Assembly: GCA_013138865.1 (NCBI GenBank)
Contig: WTBY01000033.1
Location: 489-64,488 of the forward strand
Length of the DNA stretch: 64,000 bases
Direction: 5' to 3'
From: Helicobacteraceae bacterium
Lineage (GTDB): Bacteria; Campylobacterota; Campylobacteria; Campylobacterales; Sulfurimonadaceae
Shown here: one piece after another, positions 9,507 through 19,099 of the stretch
Numbering within the stretch: position 1 is the first letter of the stretch
Layout of the letters: each line of letters starts with the position of its first letter
Made by a program: the position numbers and the translations under genes
Notes under the pieces: generated by a model
What the model was told of the DNA's origin: nothing
Database searches by the model: none
What the model saw: only the letters and a program-made list of their open reading frames with translations

Positions 9507-11387
9507 CTAAAGAGTCTCTTTTTCAGATGTAATATGAAGAGTTTGAGTAGGAAATGCAAACTTCAAGTCATTAGTTTTTACAATATCCATAATTCTCAGT
9601 ATGACATCTTGTTTTAGATCTAACCAGTCATTTAGAGCAACACTTCTTGAAAATGCTAAAACTGCTATATTTATAGATGAATTAGTTAACTCATCAATAT
9701 GTACTCTTATAGCTGTTTTTATTCCTAGTTTGTCGTCTTTAGAGACTAATTTACTATCTTGCACCAAATCAGCATATAGTTCATCTTTATTGAAATTTTC
9801 TTCTGATGCTATATCTCGATGCGAGCCGAGCATATCTTTTATATCTTTAACAACATTTAGTAAATTTTGTGTAGATGAGTCATAAGTGAGTGCTATATTC
9901 ATCTTTAAAAGTCTCCCTACACTTCTTCTACTTGAATTTATAAGTGGAGCATTTGCGAGCATTGAGTTTGGTACTGTTATGAAAGAGTTATCTGTTGTTC
10001 TGATAGTTGTACTTATAAACTTGATCTCTACAACTGAGCCTTCAAACTCAGTTGTACTTATATAGTCACCTTGAGAAAATGAGTTATCGGCTAGAATTTT
10101 TATAAGCCCAAAGAAGTTACTTAATGTATCTTTTGCTGCGAGTGCAACTGCCACACCACCTATACCAAGTGAAGCTAGTACACTTGTAATATTTACTCCA
10201 AGTTTTACTAAAAATAGAAGTAACGCTACAAAGTAAACAGTTATTTTAATAATAGAGAGCACTAGGTTTAAAAGTTCTGATCGCATACTCTTTGAGCTTT
10301 TATTTGTCATAGAGTAGTAGAACATATTGTCTATTAAAGCTACGATCATATAACTTATAGTAGTAATAAATACAAAGTAAAATATAACTCCATTCTCTTG
10401 AAACTGTGCAGGGTATAAAAGGGCTTCAATAGAGAGCTCTAAACCAAAGAAGAAAGTAAGAATTAAAAATGGTTTTCTCAGTTTTTTTAAATTAAGAAGC
10501 AGTAACTCCTTGTTTACAGAGTTAGAGTTCAATATAAACTTTTTCATAATTGAGTAAACTTTTATATATATAAAAAAGCTTATAAGGAGTGTTAAAGTCA
10601 TAGTTACAAGGAAGAGACTCAAACGACCTAAATCAATATGTAAAAAGCGTAAGTAACTATTTATATAAGTTGCGCCTTTAGTTTCATTTGCATACTCAAT
10701 AAAGTTATTAAGATCTAAAATAGATATAAATGAGCGATAGCTTAAAGCTTTAGCATTAACTTGTATATAGTTTAAAAAGCCTGTATAAAAGGCATAGCTT
10801 TTATACAGCTCCTCCAAATTTCTTTTTATCATTTTAGCACGCTTGGAGTTTTTAGCACTATTATATAGCTGTTCAAAATCATCTGGAAAGATCTCTTCAA
10901 TAGCATCACGATCACTATCAACCATGTTATTAAACTCTTCCATAGTTATTTGTGTCCAAGTATGCGAAAGAGTGAGTAAAAAGATATATATCTTCTGCTC
11001 TATAAGAAGCTCTTTAATTTTAATTTCATCTCTTAAAACAGCATCCAAGTAACCATGCTTTTGATTCGATTTGATCTTATATTTTAGTCTATAGATCTCT
11101 TTTTGGGTATCTTCATAATCAAAATACCTATTTTCATCACTATCATCTATGGGAGCAATTTTCATAATTTCTACTAAAGCAATATATGCTTTCGCTTCAT
11201 CATCTATATTTTTAAATAGGTTCATCTCCAAATCTACATTTTCTGTATTATTGTCATCTTTTTTTAAATTGTTGGTTTCTAAATATGTAAAGTGTTCATT
11301 CTCAACTGCTATAAGAGTGTCCCAAATATTTTCACTTGCCATTAAACTCATATAGACACTTACTAATAGAACTAATTTTATAAACAT
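9507..11387 (-). CDS. MscS-family mechanosensitive channel with large N-terminal periplasmic domain
   Basis: Signal peptide, multiple TM helices, and an MscS core (GIGGVAVALAAKDTLSNFFG, GDYISTTEFEGSVVEI). Confidence 0.8.
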   Translation of the reverse strand: MFIKLVLLVSVYMSLMASENIWDTLIAVENEHFTYLETNNLKKDDNNTENVDLEMNLFKNIDDEAKAYIALVEIMKIAPIDDSDENRYFDYEDTQKEIYRLKYKIKSNQKHGYLDAVLRDEIKIKELLIEQKIYIFLLTLSHTWTQITMEEFNNMVDSDRDAIEEIFPDDFEQLYNSAKNSKRAKMIKRNLEELYKSYAFYTGFLNYIQVNAKALSYRSFISILDLNNFIEYANETKGATYINSYLRFLHIDLGRLSLFLVTMTLTLLISFFIYIKVYSIMKKFILNSNSVNKELLLLNLKKLRKPFLILTFFFGLELSIEALLYPAQFQENGVIFYFVFITTISYMIVALIDNMFYYSMTNKSSKSMRSELLNLVLSIIKITVYFVALLLFLVKLGVNITSVLASLGIGGVAVALAAKDTLSNFFGLIKILADNSFSQGDYISTTEFEGSVVEIKFISTTIRTTDNSFITVPNSMLANAPLINSSRRSVGRLLKMNIALTYDSSTQNLLNVVKDIKDMLGSHRDIASEENFNKDELYADLVQDSKLVSKDDKLGIKTAIRVHIDELTNSSINIAVLAFSRSVALNDWLDLKQDVILRIMDIVKTNDLKFAFPTQTLHITSEKETL

Positions 11388-11408
11388 ATAATCTCCTGTA
11401 ATCTTTTA

Positions 11409-11693
11409 TTATATTATCGAAAATAGATAAAATATAGCAAACTGTGCGATCACAATAGAAATAAACTTTAATAAAAACGATCTTTTTGAGATCTTATGTC
11501 TAAAGTAAAAAATAGCCAATAGTGAGCCGACACTTCCACCAAAAAAAGAGAAACTTAAAAGTGCAAATTCAGAAATACGTCTAACTTTTTTTTTACGAAA
11601 AGCTTTAAATTTATCAATACCAAAAAGTAAAAAAGTAAATATATTTATAAGTAAGAGGTAGATGAGAGAGTAGTAAAGAAGCAACTCTCTCAT
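11409..11693 (-). CDS. DUF1294-family small membrane protein
   Basis: GIDKFKA...RRISE...GGSVGSLLAIFYFRHK pattern characteristic of DUF1294. Confidence 0.65.
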   Translation of the reverse strand: MRELLLYYSLIYLLLINIFTFLLFGIDKFKAFRKKKVRRISEFALLSFSFFGGSVGSLLAIFYFRHKISKRSFLLKFISIVIAQFAIFYLFSII

Positions 11694-11698
11694 AAAAA

Positions 11699-12865
11699 TT
11701 ATTTGTAAGTTTGTACGAAAGTCTCTATTCGTTTAATACCCTCACGGATACTCTCTATATTTGTAGCAAAAGAGAATCTAAAGTAACCCTCACTACCAAA
11801 GCCAACACCAGGGACAACTGCAACACCAGTTTCACTTAAAAGTTTTTTACAAAATTCCATAGAGTCATTTGTAACCTCTTTAACGTTTACAAATAGATAA
11901 AATGCACCATCTGGTTTTAAAACGCTTAATTTATCTACTTTGTTGAATAGCTCGACTGCTTCATCACGACGAGCTTTAAAAGCTTTTCTCATCATCTCTA
12001 TATCAGCGTCAGCACTTCCATCAAGTCCTGGGATCGCACACTTTTGAGTGATAGAGTTTATGTTTGATGTACTTTGACTTTGAAGTTTTTTTGTAGCTTT
12101 TACAAGTTCTACGTTTGCAGATGCCATATAACCAAAACGCCAACCAGTCATAGCAACCGACTTACTAAGACCATTTATAGTGATCGTTCGCTTAAACATA
12201 TCTTCACTTATAGAAGCAACTGAGACAAACTCTCCATCATAAATTAACTTCTCATACATCTCATCAGAAGCTACAAAGATATCTGTACCTTTTAACACTT
12301 CAGCTAGAGATTCTAATTCAGCTTTAGAGTATACGGCACCTGTTGGGTTAGAAGGTGTTGTTAAGATAAGAAGTTTAGTCTTTGGTGTGATCGCACTTTT
12401 TAACTGCTGCTCAGTTATTTTAAAGTTACTAGTATCATGAGTTTCGATCTCAACTGGAGTTCCACCACAATACTTAACTAACTCAGGGTAAGTAACCCAA
12501 AAAGGTGCAGGAATAATAACCTCATCACCCTCTTCTATTAATGCAGAAAAAAGGTTAAAAAGTGAGTGTTTAGCACCATTGTTAACTATAATCTGATTCG
12601 GTGCATATGTTAAGTTGTTGTCTCTTTTTAACTTATTTGCGATCGCCGCTTTAAGTTCAGGGATACCATCAACCGCAGTATATTTAGTAAAACCGTCATT
12701 TATAGCTTTAATAGCTTCATCTTTTATAACTTGTGGTGTGTCAAAGTCGGGCTCACCTGCTGAGAAGCTAAGAATATCTTTACCTTCTGCTTTTAACTCA
12801 CCTGCTAAGGTAGTGATCGCTATTGTTATTGATTCTGATAGAGTGTTTATACGTTTAGTAAGCAA
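11699..12865 (-). CDS. aspC: class I PLP-dependent aspartate aminotransferase
   Basis: Full-length aminotransferase class I pattern, including the SKS lysine motif (NGLSKSVAMTGWRFGY) and PSNPTG. Confidence 0.85.
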   Translation of the reverse strand: MLTKRINTLSESITIAITTLAGELKAEGKDILSFSAGEPDFDTPQVIKDEAIKAINDGFTKYTAVDGIPELKAAIANKLKRDNNLTYAPNQIIVNNGAKHSLFNLFSALIEEGDEVIIPAPFWVTYPELVKYCGGTPVEIETHDTSNFKITEQQLKSAITPKTKLLILTTPSNPTGAVYSKAELESLAEVLKGTDIFVASDEMYEKLIYDGEFVSVASISEDMFKRTITINGLSKSVAMTGWRFGYMASANVELVKATKKLQSQSTSNINSITQKCAIPGLDGSADADIEMMRKAFKARRDEAVELFNKVDKLSVLKPDGAFYLFVNVKEVTNDSMEFCKKLLSETGVAVVPGVGFGSEGYFRFSFATNIESIREGIKRIETFVQTYK

Positions 12866-12912
12866 AGTACTTTCCTTTGTAAAAAAATTTAATGATTATA
12901 ACTTTTATTTGC

Positions 12913-13767
12913 TTAAGAAATATGTCTGAAAGAGTTTTTATTTGACATTATAAGATTTGTAATAGATATTTTATTTTCAATTTTTGGCTTTAAGAACTCT
13001 TCTTGTGCAGGTATAAAAACAGTCTGTTTTAAAGTTTCATAACCATAACCAATGTAGTTGAGCAGATCACAGTTATACTTCATAGTTTCAAAACCACTAT
13101 AACTCTCTTCGTAAACATGTCTATTTGAACTTATTAAAAGTTTTTTACTCATAGGCTTAAGTTTAGTAAACTCTGCACTCTCTAACAAGTCAAACTCTTT
13201 TAAAAAAACATACTTATCTGCAAAAGCATTCATCTCTGTCTCATAAATAGTGATCGCTGTACTTTCACTTTTAGAGGTGTTGATCATATCTTGAAAATGT
13301 CTTAGTTCATGTATTAATGTAGCTGCCATAGCTTTTACAGATTGATTAGTTTGAAGAAAAATTCTTGTTTTATAAATTGTATCAGGAGAGAACCTAGTTA
13401 AGCCAAAAGCGTGAGTATTTGCGACACCTATATCTATCTGTTTTCTATTTTTTAAGAATGTAAACTCACTTTTAAGTGAAAGCCCTACTTCGGTTGAGAA
13501 GATCATAGACTCAACCTGTTCTAAAAGCTCTTTTTCGTTAATTGCCAAATTTTGCGCAAACTCTTCTCTTGGCATATTAGGAGTTATAAATATATTATCG
13601 TGCTCTTCAACAAAATTTTTGAAAGCTTTACGAGTAACAGTCTCACGAGTTACTTTTTTTATTGGGTTAATTTTACCCATGTTTATTTTAGGAGTTAAAG
13701 GGTTAATAGATGAACGTGCTACTATCGCTGCTGCATTAGAATAAGCCATACTACTAGCACTAATCAT
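12913..13767 (-). CDS. hypothetical protein with HEXXH zinc-metallopeptidase motif
   Basis: 284 aa with a single HELRH motif (ATLIHELRHFQD). No signal peptide or TM segment is visible. Confidence 0.45.
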   Translation of the reverse strand: MISASSMAYSNAAAIVARSSINPLTPKINMGKINPIKKVTRETVTRKAFKNFVEEHDNIFITPNMPREEFAQNLAINEKELLEQVESMIFSTEVGLSLKSEFTFLKNRKQIDIGVANTHAFGLTRFSPDTIYKTRIFLQTNQSVKAMAATLIHELRHFQDMINTSKSESTAITIYETEMNAFADKYVFLKEFDLLESAEFTKLKPMSKKLLISSNRHVYEESYSGFETMKYNCDLLNYIGYGYETLKQTVFIPAQEEFLKPKIENKISITNLIMSNKNSFRHIS

Positions 13768-13828
13768 AATAATCTCCTAATCTTATACAACTATAATCGA
13801 CAGTATCTAAAAAATCATAAACTTCTTT

Positions 13829-13837
13829 TGCTATAAT
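13829..13837 (+). promoter_or_regulatory. extended -10 promoter element TGCTATAAT
   Basis: TGnTATAAT preceded by a T-run. The -10 ends 10 nt before the ATG at 13848 and there is no Shine-Dalgarno sequence in between. Confidence 0.5.
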
Positions 13838-13847
13838 TCAAACTATT

Positions 13848-15386
13848 ATGGAAAACAAAAAAGTAGCCATTTTTGGTGCAACTGGATACGTAGGTCTAAT
13901 TTTAGTAAATAGACTAATAGAACAAGAGATACATATAAAACTATTTCTTAGAAATAAACAGCGTGTTAAACATCTTCGTGCCTACCCTAACATTAAGATG
14001 TCAGATATTGAACTTACTTTAAATAACAGACGTTTAATTGCAGAAAAGCTTCATGGTATTGAGACTATTTACTATCTTATTCACTCTATGGATGCAGTTC
14101 ATAGTGATGACTTTGAAAAAACTGATCTTATACTGGCGCAAGTAGTTTCGCAAGCTGCTTATGTTGCTAATGTTAAAGAGATCATCTACCTTGGTGGTTT
14201 AGGTGTACAAACACCAACTCACCCACTCTCTGCACACTTAAGAAATAGGCATGAAGTTGGTGATAAGCTCCGAGAGAGTGGCATGAGTATAACAGAGATA
14301 CGCGCTGGTGTGATCATAGGTGCAGGCTCTGCTAGTTTTGAAATTATACGCTCACTTGGAAAGAGGTTACCTTTTATACCTAAACTTCCATACCAACAAG
14401 GAAGATGCAACCCTGTTGACATAGACGATATGATCGCTTATCTTTTGAATGCTTATCATAAAGAGTCATATCGTGGCAAAATTATTGAAGTCGGTACTAA
14501 GCGTAGTTATAGTTATGATGAGATGATCGCTATATTTGCAAAAGTAGTTACAAAAAGAGAGCTGAAAATTATAAATATTTACTTTTTGGGCTACTTGTTA
14601 AACAAAAAAATTCTCTCTTACTTAGTCTCTTACTTCTCTGCAATCCCTTACGCTCTGTCTAAACCACTAATCGAGGGTATTGACTCTATTGCAACTAAAG
14701 GTGAGTATGATGTTGAACTTATAGACAACAGCATAACTCCTTTAGAGCTAGAAGACTCAGTTGCAAAAGCTTCAGAGCATGAAGAGAATAAGCAAGTAGA
14801 GAGCTTTTGGGCAATACCGAGCTCTCTTCAAGTCCTCGCAAATAAGAATGAAGAGTTTCTCCACGTTAATAATAAAGAGAAAGAGTTTAGCATACTTGAC
14901 AACTATAAACAACGTGGAATTCTTTATGAAATTCGTGAACGAATAGTAGCTGAAGAAGATGTTGAAGCGATCTTTAATGAGATTCAAAAAATTGGTGGTG
15001 AACATGGCTACTGGTCACCTAGTTGGATGTGGAAAATAAGAGCTAAATTTGACAAAATTTTAGGTGGTCCAGGTATGAGCGTAGGACGACGTACCCATCA
15101 AGCTAACATGCGTATAGGTGAAAGACTAGACTTCTGGATTATCTCCGCTTACCAGAACGAAAAAGAGTCGAAAGTTCTAACATTAAAAGGAAGACTAAAG
15201 AGTCCTGGTGACTCATGGTTACAGTTCGTGATCATAAAAGTAGAAGATAAGTGGAAATTCACACTACGTGCCTACTTCAATCCAAAAGGCTACTTAGGTT
15301 ACGCCTACTGGTACTCACTATTTTTTGTACATAAATATATTTTTGACACTATGATAGATAATATAATGATTGAGGCTAAAAAATAG
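13848..15386 (+). CDS. NAD(P)-binding SDR/NmrA-like protein fused to a DUF2867-like C-terminal domain
   Basis: Rossmann motif VAIFGATGYVG at residues 6-16. The long C-terminal region resembles DUF2867. Confidence 0.65.
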   Translation: MENKKVAIFGATGYVGLILVNRLIEQEIHIKLFLRNKQRVKHLRAYPNIKMSDIELTLNNRRLIAEKLHGIETIYYLIHSMDAVHSDDFEKTDLILAQVVSQAAYVANVKEIIYLGGLGVQTPTHPLSAHLRNRHEVGDKLRESGMSITEIRAGVIIGAGSASFEIIRSLGKRLPFIPKLPYQQGRCNPVDIDDMIAYLLNAYHKESYRGKIIEVGTKRSYSYDEMIAIFAKVVTKRELKIINIYFLGYLLNKKILSYLVSYFSAIPYALSKPLIEGIDSIATKGEYDVELIDNSITPLELEDSVAKASEHEENKQVESFWAIPSSLQVLANKNEEFLHVNNKEKEFSILDNYKQRGILYEIRERIVAEEDVEAIFNEIQKIGGEHGYWSPSWMWKIRAKFDKILGGPGMSVGRRTHQANMRIGERLDFWIISAYQNEKESKVLTLKGRLKSPGDSWLQFVIIKVEDKWKFTLRAYFNPKGYLGYAYWYSLFFVHKYIFDTMIDNIMIEAKK

Positions 15387-15560
15387 GGAGTTTTTAATAA
15401 CCCTAAACTCTTTAAAAAAACCACTTCAGCTTTGTTGCAAAACAGTTCCGATCGCATACACTTGAAAACTATTTTAAAACTCATAACCTAGTTGTGCATC
15501 AAACCTATAGCTGTAGGAGTGGTAGTAGTTTTTTCATTTTGCTTGTTTCCATTTTTTGGT

Positions 15561-15566
15561 TATAAT
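15561..15566 (+). promoter_or_regulatory. candidate -10 box TATAAT for the small structured transcript
   Basis: TATAAT preceded by TTTTTTGG. It lies 5 nt upstream of the 5' arm of the long palindrome. Confidence 0.4.
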
Positions 15567-15570
15567 GCTC

Positions 15571-15697
15571 TTGCTGATATAAACTTATTACTTCGATGGA
15601 GTGGTAAACCTAGGCTTTGGGATTTTTTCTCTTAGCCTTTTTTTTTGCCCTCCAAAGAAGTAATAAGGGGGACTTATGGATAAGCTTATATCAGCAA
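15571..15697 (+). other. 127-nt imperfect palindrome / structured leader enclosing a ribosome-binding site
   Basis: Perfect helices read directly from the sequence: 15571-15582 pairs with 15686-15697 (12 bp), 15584-15594 with 15657-15667 (11 bp), and 15597-15601 with 15650-15654 (5 bp). Confidence 0.55.
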
Positions 15698-15735
15698 TAT
15701 TGCTTATGTGCATTTTTGCACCTATGTTAAATTAG
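15676..15735 (+). CDS. 19-aa hydrophobic peptide MDKLISAILLMCIFAPMLN (candidate type I toxin-like small ORF)
   Basis: ATG preceded by AAGGGGGA (15665-15672). The entire peptide is hydrophobic. It sits inside the structured element and upstream of a terminator. Not in the supplied ORF track because it is short. Confidence 0.3.
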   Translation: MDKLISAILLMCIFAPMLN

Positions 15736-15746
15736 TTTAACATAGT

Positions 15747-15778
15747 CAAGGGGTTTTGCCCCTTGCCCCTCTTTTTTA
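15747..15778 (+). terminator. rho-independent terminator
   Basis: CAAGGGG-TTTTG-CCCCTTG hairpin (15747-15765) followed by CCCCTCTTTTTT. Confidence 0.55.
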
Positions 15779-15835
15779 TTAATATATTAAAAATAACTAC
15801 TAGTACTTTTTCATTTAAAAGAGAATAAATTCTTT

Positions 15836-15844
15836 TGCTATAAT
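15836..15844 (+). promoter_or_regulatory. extended -10 promoter element TGCTATAAT
   Basis: It lies within a 19-nt stretch TTCTTTTGCTATAATTCAA (15830-15848) identical to 13823-13841. AGGAG and an ATG follow about 20 nt downstream. Confidence 0.5.
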
Positions 15845-15871
15845 TCAATCTATATTTGCAGGAGTTTGAAA

Positions 15872-17269
15872 ATGATAAACTTTAAAAACTACTCTCAAGA
15901 GACTTTTGAGAGTGCAAAAACACAAAACAGACCTATTTTTATTTTTGTTGGTTGTAGTGCAAGTGTGCACTCTTTAAACATTGAGAAAGAGCTTTTTACA
16001 AACGAGCAAATAGTCTCTTTTTTAAACGCACACTTTGTTTGTGTTAAAGTTGACAAAGATGAGCGGACAGAGCTTGATCTTTACTACCAAAAAGCCTACA
16101 AACTTTTAAACAATGCGAATGGAGGTTGGCCTCTTTTAGTATTTGCTACACCCTCAAACCAACCTTTTCACGCTAAAACTTATATGCCAACACACTCTCA
16201 AGATAAACTTTTAGGTTTTTACGAGTTTTGTGAAATTATAGTTGATAAAATAGAGAGTAAAGATAGTGACTTTTTTAAAAATGCAGATGAAGTAGCAGAG
16301 CATCTTACTCTTAGCGATCGCAACAAAGAGGCTACACGTTTAAGTTTGATACTTACTCAGAGTTACATAGCACAAGCAAAAGAGAATTTTGATGAGAATA
16401 GTGGTGGTTTCTTCGCAGATCCAAAGTTTCCAAACAGCTCAATCGTAAATACGCTTTTAGACTTTTATGAGAAAGAGAGTAACGCTGAAGTATTAAACAT
16501 GGTTACTAAAACTTTAAGCATGTTAAATAGAACTGCCTCTAAAAATGCTAAAGGCTTTTGGTACCGTCACGCTTACTCTGAAGAGTTTACACTCTACGAT
16601 CAAGCTCTTTTAGTTCAAACATTTGTAAAAGCTTACAAGATTTTAAAAAATGAAGAGTACAAAGATGTTGCTTTTAAGTGTTGTGAATTTATGCTAGAGA
16701 ACATGAGTGATGATGGACTATTTTACCTGTATGAAAACGACAAAAGAGTTATAACTTCACAAAACTCTATGATGATTAGTGCTCTTTTTAAAGTAAGTGA
16801 GTTAGACGAAAAGTATCTTCCGATCGCACTTAACTCACTTGAGAAGCTTAGTGCTAAAATGTATGTTAACTCAACTCTTTACCACTACGAAAATGTAAAG
16901 GGCTTTTTAGAGGACTTTGCATACTTTGGAGTGGCTCTTATAAATGCATATGAAAAAAGTGGTGATGAGATCTACTTTATTCAAGCACAACTAATAGCAA
17001 ACTCTGCTTTGAGTAATTTTTATGATAATGGTAGATGGTTTTACACAAAAACTAAATTTAGTATAGATGGTGACATTTATGATTCTCACATGCCAAGCTA
17101 CATAGGTGCTATTTGCGAGCTAATGGTAGCTTTAGCAGAAAAAGAGCCTAAATATATTAGCTTTACTAAGAAGAGTATTGAGTACTATTCTTACTCATTA
17201 GCAAGAGATATGATCTACTCTTCATACCTTTTTAAAGAAGCGATGAGTATAATCGCGAATAAATTATAA
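15872..17269 (+). CDS. thioredoxin-fold/DUF255 (YyaL-like) protein with alpha-toroid C-terminal domain
   Basis: The N-terminal pattern KPIFIFVG...FVCVKVDKDERTELD resembles the DUF255 thioredoxin-like domain, although the CxxC is not conserved. ATG at 15872 is preferred, 8 nt after AGGAG. Confidence 0.65.
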   Translation: MINFKNYSQETFESAKTQNRPIFIFVGCSASVHSLNIEKELFTNEQIVSFLNAHFVCVKVDKDERTELDLYYQKAYKLLNNANGGWPLLVFATPSNQPFHAKTYMPTHSQDKLLGFYEFCEIIVDKIESKDSDFFKNADEVAEHLTLSDRNKEATRLSLILTQSYIAQAKENFDENSGGFFADPKFPNSSIVNTLLDFYEKESNAEVLNMVTKTLSMLNRTASKNAKGFWYRHAYSEEFTLYDQALLVQTFVKAYKILKNEEYKDVAFKCCEFMLENMSDDGLFYLYENDKRVITSQNSMMISALFKVSELDEKYLPIALNSLEKLSAKMYVNSTLYHYENVKGFLEDFAYFGVALINAYEKSGDEIYFIQAQLIANSALSNFYDNGRWFYTKTKFSIDGDIYDSHMPSYIGAICELMVALAEKEPKYISFTKKSIEYYSYSLARDMIYSSYLFKEAMSIIANKL

Positions 17270-17293
17270 CTATTAGGAACAATTTTGGAAAAT

Positions 17294-18427
17294 ATGTGTT
17301 ATTACGAAGTACTAGAAGTTACAAAGAGTGCAGACAAAGCGACTATTAAAAAAGCTTACAGAAAAATGGCGAAGAAGTGGCATCCAGACAAAAACCCTGG
17401 TGATGAAGAAGCAGAAAAAAACTTTAAAGTGTGTAACGAAGCTTACCAAGCTTTAAGTGATGATCAACAACGCTCTATTTACGATCGTTATGGTAAAGAG
17501 GGTCTTCAAGGTGGAATGGGTGGCGGTGGTCGCTCAAGTGGAGGCTTTGGTGGTTTTGATGACCTTGGATCAATGTTTGAAGAGATGTTTGGTGGAGGCG
17601 GCGGCGGTGGTCGTGGACGTTCACGTCAGTCTCGTGCAGATATGGACAACTTCGATCTTGACGCAGAAGTTAGAATGAACATTAGTTTCAATGAAGCAAT
17701 TTTTGGTTGTGAAAAGAATATTGACTTTCGTTATAAATGTTCTTGTAAAAAGTGTAAAGGAACAGGTGCTAAAGATGGCAAAGAGTCAACTTGTTCTCAG
17801 TGTGATGGACATGGTCAAGTCTATATGCAACAAGGTTTCATGCGAATTCAACAAGCTTGTCCAGTTTGTCATGGTGCAGGTAAAATGGCAACTGATAAGT
17901 GTGGTGAGTGTCGTGGAAATGGTTACACTGAAGAGAAAGAGAGTGTAAGCGTTAAAGTTCCTGCTGGAGTTGATAGCGATAATAGACTTCGTGTTTCAGG
18001 TAAAGGTAACAAAGGTAAAAAAGGAAACCGTGGAGATCTTTACACTACATTTAATGTAGAGAGTGACTCACACTTTCAACGTCATGGAAATGATGTCTAC
18101 TTAGAAGTACCCGTTTTCTTTACACAAGCAGTTCTTGGTCATACGATCACAATCCCTTCACTTCGTGGTGAGTTGGAGTTAGAACTAGACAAAGGTACTA
18201 AAGACAAGGCACAGTTTACATTTTCAAACGAGGGTGTTCCAGATGTTCATGGACGTGGAACTGGTAACTTAGTTGCACAAGTTACACTTACTTACCCTAA
18301 AAAACTAACAGCTGAACAAGAGTCTCTTTTAGTTCAATTACAAGAGAGTTTTGGTGTTGATGCTAAGCCATATGAGAGTAGTTTTGAGAGTGCATTTGAC
18401 AAAGTTAAGAACTGGTTTACAAAGTAA
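17294..18427 (+). CDS. dnaJ: molecular chaperone DnaJ
   Basis: J-domain with HPD ([11 protein letters not shown]), a Gly-rich linker, four CxxCxGxG zinc-finger repeats and a C-terminal substrate-binding domain. Confidence 0.9.
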   Translation: MCYYEVLEVTKSADKATIKKAYRKMAKKWHPDKNPGDEEAEKNFKVCNEAYQALSDDQQRSIYDRYGKEGLQGGMGGGGRSSGGFGGFDDLGSMFEEMFGGGGGGGRGRSRQSRADMDNFDLDAEVRMNISFNEAIFGCEKNIDFRYKCSCKKCKGTGAKDGKESTCSQCDGHGQVYMQQGFMRIQQACPVCHGAGKMATDKCGECRGNGYTEEKESVSVKVPAGVDSDNRLRVSGKGNKGKKGNRGDLYTTFNVESDSHFQRHGNDVYLEVPVFFTQAVLGHTITIPSLRGELELELDKGTKDKAQFTFSNEGVPDVHGRGTGNLVAQVTLTYPKKLTAEQESLLVQLQESFGVDAKPYESSFESAFDKVKNWFTK

Positions 18428-18433
18428 ACTTTT

Positions 18434-19099
18434 TTGTTAAATATAAACAACTCTTGGAGCCAAAAACTACAAGAGGAGTTTGCAAAACCTTACTTTCAAG
18501 AACTCCAGAGTTTTTTAAACTCTGAGTTTAAAACTCACACTATCTACCCTCCTAAAGATCATATTTTCAACGCTTTTAACTTAACACCTTTTGAGAATGT
18601 CAAAGTTGTTATTTTAGGTCAAGATCCATACCATGGTAAAAATCAAGCTCATGGTTTAGCTTTTTCAGTTTTGAACGGTATTAAAACTCCACCTTCATTA
18701 GTCAATATTTTTAAAGAGCTTAAAAGTGACATAGGTTGTAAAGAAGCCTCAACTACAGAGCTTACAAGCTGGGCTACACAAGGCGTTTTTTTAATAAATG
18801 CAGTTTTAAGCGTAAGAGAAGGCGAGCCAAATTCACATAAAGCAAAGGGCTGGGAAATATTTACTGACAGTGTTATAAAAAAACTTTCATATGAGAGTGA
18901 GAATTTAGTATTTATTTTATGGGGAAAACCTGCTCAAAACAAAGTCAAACTGATAGATGAATCAAAGCACCTAGTGCTAAAAGCTCCACACCCATCACCT
19001 CTAAGTTCATACAGAGGTTTTTTTGACTCTAAGCCATTCTCTAAAACAAATGAGTACTTACACACTCATAGTAAAAAAACTATAGAGTGGTGCTTATAA
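18434..19099 (+). CDS. ung: uracil-DNA glycosylase
   Basis: GQDPYH water-activating loop, HPSPLS motif, correct length. TTG start. Confidence 0.9.
   Translation: MLNINNSWSQKLQEEFAKPYFQELQSFLNSEFKTHTIYPPKDHIFNAFNLTPFENVKVVILGQDPYHGKNQAHGLAFSVLNGIKTPPSLVNIFKELKSDIGCKEASTTELTSWATQGVFLINAVLSVREGEPNSHKAKGWEIFTDSVIKKLSYESENLVFILWGKPAQNKVKLIDESKHLVLKAPHPSPLSSYRGFFDSKPFSKTNEYLHTHSKKTIEWCL

Noticed and set aside
15387-15865. Possibility that the long intergenic gap hides a tRNA, tmRNA or other standard RNA gene
   Set aside because: I found no T-loop (GTTCGAATC-like) box, acceptor-stem/CCA arrangement or tmRNA tag-reading frame. The structure present is a simple long palindrome with an embedded small ORF, which is reported separately.
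17457-17948. Two alternative-frame plus-strand ORFs inside dnaJ
   Set aside because: They are out-of-frame readings of the Gly-rich and zinc-finger regions of dnaJ. The translations are repetitive Val/Met strings with no independent start signals.
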